From positions 196,788,001 through 196,852,000 of the forward strand of contig OX597814.1 of NCBI GenBank assembly GCA_951406725.2: 64,000 nucleotides of DNA, written 5' to 3'. The notes under the pieces are model-generated. The model saw nothing but the letters and a program-made list of their open reading frames with translations, was not told the DNA's origin and did no database searches. This document shows, piece by piece, positions 56,476-64,000 of the stretch. The DNA is from Octopus vulgaris (Eukaryota). Position 1 is the first letter of the stretch, and the number at the start of each line of letters is the position of its first letter. The position numbers and the translations under genes were made by a program.

Positions 56476-56772
56476 CTGGCACGCTGTCTCTTACGATGAG
56501 GAGAGTTCCAGTTGATACGATCAACCAAACAGCTTGCTCGTGAGATTAACGTGCATGTGGCTGAGTACTCCACACACGCGCATATCCCTTCACATGCTTC
56601 TCAGAGAGATTCAGCGTGACACAGTGTGTGACAAGGCCTGCCCTTTGAAATACAGGTATTACTCATTTTTGCCAGCAACGTGAAATAAAGTGTCTTGCTC
56701 AATGACACAACGCACCACCGGGAATCGAACGCGAGGCCCTACGGTCATGAGCTGAATACCCTAACCACTAAT
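56476..56772 (-). mobile_element. CORE-type tRNA-SINE (family C variant)
   Basis: Minus strand TAGTGGTTAGGG...GTTCGATTCCCGG...GTTGTGTCATTGAGCAAGACACTTTATTTCACG. Confidence 0.8.
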
Positions 56773-56783
56773 CTATATATATA

Positions 56784-57115
56784 GGCGCATGGCTCAGTGG
56801 TTAGAGCGTCGAGCTTACGATCGTGAGGTTGTGAGCTCGAATCCCAGACCGGGCTGCGTGTTGTGTTCTTGAGCAAGACACTTTATTTCACGTTGCTCTA
56901 GTTCACTCAGCTGTAGAAATGAGTTGCGACGTTACAGGTGCCAAGCTGTATCGACATTTGTCTTTCCCTTGGATAACACTGGTAGCGTGGAGAGGGGAGG
57001 CTGGTATGCATGGGCGACTGCTGGTCTTCCATAAACAACCTCGCCCGGACTTGTGTCTAGGAGGGTAACTTTCTAGGTGCAATCCCATGGTCTGTGTCGT
57101 GACCAAAGGGGGTCT
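56784..57115 (+). mobile_element. CORE-type tRNA-SINE (family C), head-to-head with the previous one
   Basis: GGCGCATGGCTCAGTGGTTAGAGCG...TCGAATCCC...TGTGTTCTTGAGCAAGACACTTT. Confidence 0.85.
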
Positions 57116-57117
57116 CC

Positions 57118-57148
<31 letters not shown>

Positions 57149-57234
57149 CTGATATATACTGTTGAGATGGGGAGAGTCATTTTTTTGTGCCTTATAATTT
57201 AACACACTCACCAGTAAACTTTCTACTTATTTTC

Positions 57235-57271
57235 CTAAAATTTTCGTTGCGTCTTGCAACCTTTTCAATAG
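57235..57271 (-). ncRNA. Minimal hammerhead-like motif with U3:A8 core
   Basis: CTA-TTGAAAA-G-GTTGC AAGAC GCAAC-GAA-AATT-T-TAG. Confidence 0.4.
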
Positions 57272-57274
57272 TCT

Positions 57275-57311
<37 letters not shown>

Positions 57312-57315
<4 letters not shown>

Positions 57316-57482
57316 GTTTTTTTCATTCTTGCTCTGTTTATTTTCTCTTATTCCTTTCTCTTGAGGAGCTTAGGCTCAAATTGTAAAAAGAATTTTTCAT
57401 TTATCTGAGCGTCTACCTAAAACACCTACTTGTTGTTCATACACCTATCATCGTCTTTTGTTTTTTTTATAAATTTCAACTA
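57312..57482 (+). mobile_element. Decayed member of the 19.9/35.7-kb hammerhead-element family
   Basis: CTTT-ctcttga-GGAGC TTAG GCTC-aaattGTA-AAAAG, then CTGAGCGTC and a T-rich end, (TA)n flanks. Confidence 0.5.
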
Positions 57483-58044
57483 TATATAAGTCCTGCCACC
57501 ACAGCAACTGCTGCCACCTCAACAGTTTGGCAATGTAAACATTGAATGTTATACGTAATGATAGTCTGACCAGGATCTATTAACATAAACTTGTAGTAAA
57601 TTTGTTGAAGATCTAAATAACAAGTTACGGAACGTGAAAGTTCAACAACCGATTAAACTTGATTGTACATACTCCGGATTATGTCATTCAGAGATATGTC
57701 ATACATGATTAAACAGGATATGTCATTTATTATTGAATGAAGTTGTTACCTTTGAGGAACGTTTGTTTGCTATTCATCAATATATGAAACAAATACTGCT
57801 AGAATGACAAAGAAAATGCTGACAAGTTTAACCGTCACACAGCAACGTTGAAAATAGCTGACGAGACAATAATATCATTGGTTGTAAAATTTTGGTCAAA
57901 GATCACGGCAACACAAACATCAACTCGAAAAATACTGATTTCAAATGCTAGCAATATCTCTTTTGATCAGAATTTAAAGAAGACTCACACACGCACGCAT
58001 CTGTTCAGATTCGACGGGAAATAGTTCTTTAGTATTTGATATTT

Positions 58045-58457
58045 CAACGTAAGGGGTATTAGCCATCTGAATGTGGTTAGCCACTGGGGGGGGGGGTTAC
58101 TGATGCTTTTAGCCCCAGGCGATCAACGTCACCAGAAGGACTTTAGACACTATCTCAGTGTCGTTGTGTTGTTTGCAAAGGGAGGTCATCCTCCCTCGAA
58201 GACCCGAGTACTACATACGGACTATAGTTTCGAGGTAATTGCCTCTTGTCAACGCATGGTAAGCACCGGTCTTCGATGAAGGAGTCCCCTTACAAACAAT
58301 ATATAATGTTTTTCACAGTAACCACTGTCACTGATGTAGAAAAACTGTCTGAAAACAATAATAAATCTCTGAACGAGATATAAACAGTGACCGCTCGACA
58401 ACGTAAGGGGTATTAGCCATCTGAATGTTGCTAGCCACTGGGGGGGGGTTACTGACG
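58045..58457 (-). mobile_element. Retrozyme-like element: 354-nt unit plus ~59-nt terminal redundancy
   Basis: CAACGTAAGGGGTATTAGCCATCTGAATGT..TAGCCACTG(n)TTACTGA at 58045 and 58399; central hammerhead; no ORF. Confidence 0.8.
58214..58258 (-). ncRNA. Type I hammerhead ribozyme candidate, U3:A8 variant
   Basis: CATGCG-TTGACAA-GAGG CAATTA CCTC-GAA-ACTATAGT-C-CGTATG; GUC cleavage between 58220 and 58219. Confidence 0.78.
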
Positions 58458-58788
58458 ATAAATTCTAAACAGTATTCAAACACACGCCACAAAAATAACC
58501 GAGCTGTTGACATATAATTAAATGTAATTTCGGCGCTATAAGCTAGGGAAAAGGAGCTTGAAGGATAAACTACACGTTTGTTTTGTCTGCTGCCATCTAC
58601 TGGCAAAGCAAGAGATCTCAAACCAGGAGAGAGATAATATTTTATCAATCCTTATATGAGTTTACAAGCCCAATAGACAAGAGGGCAAATTGCATATCTA
58701 TATACATATGCCAGTGGGTGAATGCCGACACACATACTCTCTATTTTTATTTCAGTCTCTCTCTACCTGATTATGTGCGTCTCTCTCA

Positions 58789-58857
<69 letters not shown>

Positions 58858-58944
58858 ACTCTGTTTGTCTGTCTGTCTGTCTCTTTTTCTACCACCTTGT
58901 GACTTAGAGAAAGAAAAATGAGCTGAAAGATGTTACAGTAAACA

Positions 58945-59310
58945 AGGCACTGCAGTAGCTGTATGGTAAGAAGCTTGATTCACAACCACATAGTTCTGGT
59001 GTGGAACCTTGGGCAAGTGTCATCTACTATAGCCTCGGGCCGACCAAAGCCTTGTGAGTGGATTTGGTAAACGGAAACTGAAAGAAGCTCATCGTATATA
59101 TATGTGTATAAGTGTGTCTGTGTTTGTCCACCCACTATCGCTTAACATCCCCGTAACATAGCGTTGCGGCAAAAGAGATCGATAGAATAAGTACTAGCTT
59201 TACAAAGAATAAGCACAGGGGTCGATTTGTTCGACTAAAGTCGGTGCTCCACCATGGGCGCAGTCAAAATGACTGAAAGAAGTAAATGAATAAACAAGTA
59301 AAAGAGTAAT
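58945..59310 (+). mobile_element. SINE family A, diverged
   Basis: CCTTGGGCAAGTGT..CTACTATAGCCTCGGGCCGACC...GACTGAAAGAAGTAAA. Confidence 0.85.
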
Positions 59311-59504
59311 TAAAAAAATCCGTAAATTTCAACAACTTACAATTCAGTTACTTCTAGTTTCAGGCGTAACCAATCATCTGCACTCAGTAAATATTTCAGT
59401 CGGTAATCTATTTAAAATGTCTATGTGGAAAGAAAGGAACAAATGTTAGAAGTGTTCACTTTTGAAGTGACACCGGTAGGAACACGGAAATGGAAACTAT
59501 CAAT

Positions 59505-60066
59505 ATTCTTTTCTATCCTAAGCACAAGGCCAGAAATTTTAGGGGAGGGGCCCAGTACGCAACTGGTACTTAATTTACCGAACCCGAAAAAATGAAAGGC
59601 GAAGTCTATCTCGGCGGAATTTGAACTCAGAATGTAAAGACAGATGAAATACCTATTTCTTTATTGCCCACATGGGGCTAAACACAGAGGGGACAAACAA
59701 GGACAGACATAGGTATTAAGTCGATAACATCGACCCCAGTGCTTGACTGGTAATAAATTTATCGACCCCGAAAAGATGAAAGGCAAAGTCGACCTCGGCG
59801 GAATTTGAACTCACAACGTAACGGCAGACGAAATACCTATTTCTTTACTACCTACAAGGGTCTAAACACAGATGGGACAAAGAAGGGCAGACAAACGGAT
59901 TAAATCAATTACATCGTCGCCAGTGCGTAACTGGTACTTATTTAATCGACCCCTAAAGGATGAAAGGCAAAGTCGACCTCGTCGGAATTTGAACTCAGAA
60001 CATAAAGACAGACGAAATGCCGCTAATTTTTTCGCCCGGCGTGCTAACGTTCCTGCCAGCTCGCCG
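59505..60066 (-). mobile_element. Tandem trimer of SINE family B
   Basis: Three GAAAGGC.AAGTC..CTCG.CGGAATTTGAACTC cores; junctions at AAATACC 59647 and 59831 (period 184). Confidence 0.88.
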
Positions 60067-60962
60067 ACTCAGAAAAAAAGACTATTATTATACAAGTATG
60101 GAATAAAATGCGTTTATGGAACACTGACGAGGTAGATGCTGCATTAGTGACCTTATAAATCACTTTCAAATTATCATGGATGATATAATTTTTGGAATGA
60201 AATTTCATAATCTATATCACGTGACAAAGTATTCTAGAAGCGGAGAGAATAATACGGCAGCGCGGTAATAAGAACAATTGTGCCACTTTTGAAGATGCTC
60301 GGTAACACAGTTCTCAAGGTGAAGATTTCTAAGGTTTTATAGAATATGATTAAATATATCTCCATGATACAGTGTTTTCTTTTAGCATTTATTGATCTTC
60401 GCTTCTTGTTTATGTACCCACTTATGTATTTTAGTTCCCTATAAAATACATTATTTTTTTCTCTGTCATGTAATGTGTAGTAACACTAATAAAATATCAC
60501 CCTGCACTTTTGCATATTCTTATATCCATAAGGATTCATTCACATTTCCTCTACGTTTCTAGCTGCTTTCTACCAATTTTTTCACCGACATATTTGCATT
60601 GTCTGTATATACGAGTATTCATCGATACAAATGTACAATATTTCTTTACAGTTGGAGAAAATTTAATTTACTTCACTTTCACGGTCACTATGATGTTATT
60701 GTACATGATTTTGTAACTGACTTCATTACATATTCCATTTATATACACGAATCATTTTTCCCCACTTAAAACCAATATAAAATTGCTTTTACTAAAAGTA
60801 TGATAAAGCAGAAAAAAAAGACACCTTATTTCATTCCATTTCCTAATTCTCCATCTAAGATTTGTGTAAACTAACCTAAAGGCGCACACTACAAACCAAG
60901 AAATATGGTATGTAATTTGATATGTGTGTGTGTATTTATATATATTTAAATATATTTAAAGT

Positions 60963-61471
60963 ATTAATAAATCTCCGAACGAGATGTAAACAGTAACCGC
61001 TCGACAACGTAAAGTGTACTAGCCATCCGAATGTGGCTAGCCACTGGGGGTGGGTGTTACTGACGCTTTTAGCCCCAGGAGATCGACGTCTCCAGCTGGG
61101 AGACACAATTTCAGTGCCCATCGAGCGGTTACTGTTTACATCTCGTTTGGAGATTTATTAATGTTTTCAGACAGTTTTTCTAAATCAGTGACTGTGGTTG
61201 CTGGGAAAAACATTAAATAGTATTTGCAAAGGTCTCCTTCATCGAAAACCGGTGTTTACCATGCCTTGACGAGAGGCAATTACCTCGAAACTATAGTCCG
61301 TATGTATCACTTAGGTTTTCGAGGGAGGATGACCTCCCTTTGCAAATATCATAAGGGCACTGAAATTGTGTCTAAGGCCAGCTGGAGACGTCGATCTCCT
61401 GGGGCTAAAAGCGTCAGTAACACCCACCCCCAGTGGCTAGCCACATTCAGATGGCTAGTACACTTTACGTT
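60963..61471 (+). mobile_element. Second retrozyme-like copy: one full unit (61121-61471) preceded by an inverted partial copy (60963-61120)
   Basis: 61121-61471 is homologous to the reverse complement of 58045-58398; 60963-61004 pairs with 61121-61162 and 61006-61119 with 61355-61471. Confidence 0.82.
61260..61304 (+). ncRNA. Type I hammerhead candidate (U3.G8)
   Basis: CATGCc-TTGACGA-GAGG CAATTA CCTC-GAA-ACTATAGT-C-CGTATG; cleavage after 61298. Confidence 0.7.
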
Positions 61472-61524
61472 ATATTTAAAGTGTTTCACATCTAAAGCAG
61501 CGGTCATGCTGGGGCACCACCGTT

Positions 61525-61569
<45 letters not shown>

Positions 61570-61608
61570 TATATATATATCATATATAATATATATATAT
61601 ATATATAT

Positions 61609-61772
61609 GCGCAGGAGTGGCTGTGTGGTAAGTAGCTTGCTAACCAACCACATGGTTCCGGGTTCAGGCCCACTGCGTGGCATCTTGGGCAAATGTCTTC
61701 TGCTATAGCCCCGGGCCGACCAATGCCTTGTGAGTGGATTTGGTAGACGGAAACCGAAAGAAGCTTGTCGTA

Positions 61773-61821
<49 letters not shown>

Positions 61822-62040
61822 TTGTGTGTCTGTGTTTGTCCCCCTAGCATTGCTTGACCACCGATGCTGGTGTGTTTATGTCCCCGTAACTTAGCGGTTC
61901 GGCAAAAGAGACCGATAGAATATGTACTGGGTTTACAAAGAATAAGTCCCGGGGTCGAGTTGCTCGATTAAAGGCGGCGCTCCAGCATGGCCGCAGTCAA
62001 ATGACTGAAACAAGTTAAAGAGTAAAAGAATAAAAGAGTA
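61609..62040 (+). mobile_element. SINE family A, full length
   Basis: GCGCAGGAGTGGCTGTGTGG to the GAGTAAAA tail. Confidence 0.92.
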
Positions 62041-62319
62041 TATGCATATACACATACCTACATATATATGCATATATATACGTGCACATATTGGTACAGG
62101 ACATCAAAAAACGTTGAACACAATGAGAAACGAAAACATAAAAACAAAAGCATAGAAAAAACGAAAAAAATCAAACAGAGAAACGAGACAGCAACATAAA
62201 GAGAAATTCCCCTTCATCAGTTGCGCCTATTTCATCCACTCCGAGTCTCGAAGGCGCCATATATATAGGTACGTTGATGCAAACATAGAAAAATAGAACT
62301 CAAAATGTGAGTATTCTTT

Positions 62320-62726
62320 CTTTCCTTTCTTTTACTGGTTTCAGTCATTTGACTGCGGCCATACTGGAGCACCGCCTTTAGTCGAGCAAATCGACCCCGG
62401 GACTTATTCTTTGTAAGCCCAGTACTTATTCTATCGATCTCTTTTGCCGAACCGCTAAGTGACGGGGACGTAAACACACCAGCATCGGTTGTCAAGCAAT
62501 GCTAGGGGGACAAACACAGACACACAAACACACACACGCATATACATATATACATATATACGACGGGCTTCTTTCAGTTTCCGTCTACCAAATCCACTCA
62601 TAAGGCTTTGGTCGGCCCGAGGCTATAGCAGAAGACACTTGCCCAAGATGCCACGCAGTGGGACTGAACCCGGAACCATGTGGTTGGTAAACAAGCTACT
62701 TACCACACAGCCACTCCTGCGCCTAT
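62320..62726 (-). mobile_element. SINE family A, full length
   Basis: Collinear with 16305-16717. Confidence 0.92.
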
Positions 62727-64000
62727 ATGTATATTTTTATTAATATATAGCAGTAGTAACTGAGTGATTCAAGGAAAGCTATTTTACTTTCAACATTCTT
62801 TTCTTTAGCAGAATCGATATTCATTGAACTCGATGAAAGTTACTGTAAAAATTCCACAGAATTCAGAAAACACTGAAAGTTATTTTAAACAGTTTACGTA
62901 AATTATTAATGTATACATTTTTCCTTTGTATATATACGACACATATATATTGTTATGACTATATGCAGGTCTCTATGCCTGTGTATTTATAATATATATC
63001 TACTCGCACGCACACACACACACACACGCACACTCACGCACAAACACACACACACACATATATATACATGTATTCACTTACACTCACATACACATAAAAC
63101 ATACATATATATACAATCACCCGCACATACATTTATATGCAATCACCCGCACATACATGTATATATGTCTTTGTTTGTGTGTGTGTATGTGTGGTGTGTG
63201 TGTGTGTGCATGTCCGTGTGTGTGTGCATATAAATGATGAATCGTTATCTCTCTTAAGCTTCATGTATCGAAGATGCTAAGATATGCAGATCGAATTATA
63301 TATGTATGTGTGTATGTATGTTTGTTTGTATGTTTGTATGCTGTTCTTTTCCTTTTGTTTCTCTATTTTAAAACTACAAGCCTGAAATTTTGCTTTCGGC
63401 GCATGTCTTTTCATAAGAAGGGTCGTGAGTTGTGTGACGCTTTAAACAAATAATTGAAGTCCAGACAGAAAAAAGAAAAGAAAAAACAACTTCCATCATT
63501 GTATCCCCGCAAGCAATGCATTGCACATTAGAAATAGTTGCTGATTGGTAAAATAATTTATTTTCGATAATTTTTTTTCAATGAATACAGTCGTTTTCGT
63601 AAAACTTTTCTGAGAGAAATGAAAAATTATAACAGCAAATCTAAAATTTATGCTGTATATTACTGGATATTTCTGCCCATTTTTATGCAGCTCATCATAT
63701 AACACTTATGTATTTATCTATGTATAAGTACGTATACATCTATTGTATTGGTTATGTATATATTATGAGTGGGGTGTTGTAATGTTCTTGGCTTTAAGGT
63801 ATTGTGAAAGGCCTGGTTGGAAGCCCAAACTCCCGAGTTCTTTTACAAGGCTTAGAAAAACTGAAGGATTGCTGCAATAGGTGTGTGAATCTAAAGGGGA
63901 AATATGTTGAATAAAATCAAAATTAACTGGTCCTATTTTCTTTTACCTTTAGTCAGGAACTTTTCAGCACTTCGGCGTATATCATACTATGTGGACTGAC

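Noticed and set aside
56784-56856. tRNA gene
   Set aside because: tRNA-like head continues into a SINE body; no clean acceptor stem or terminator
62200-62255. Permuted hammerhead (GAGACTCGGAGT ... CTGATGAAGGGG on the minus strand)
   Set aside because: GAAA is mutated and no stem I can be drawn; may still be a PLE remnant

Overview
AT-rich, repeat-dominated eukaryotic DNA. The tRNA-derived SINE families and extreme (TA)n/(CA)n/(AAT)n load resemble an octopus/cephalopod genome; this assignment is an inference from repeat recognition. No host protein-coding exon can be supported, and almost all listed ORFs are microsatellite or SINE translations. The window holds many tRNA-SINEs, decayed LINE pieces (R4/Dong, RTE, CR1, L1/Tx1, Penelope GIY-YIG), Tc1/mariner and pogo-like DNA transposons and two non-autonomous Helitrons. 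The main unexpected signal is a dense set of self-cleaving-ribozyme-like motifs, all found by eye. About ten hammerhead-like folds of several families sit in small tandem or inverted Penelope/retrozyme-like units. The best cases are a ~354-nt unit with a U3:A8 core and a covarying rod at 58.0 and 61.1 kb, and a 559-nt tandem unit at 15 kb. A decayed HDV-like fold lies at the 5' end of an RTE. Activity of all of these is untested.
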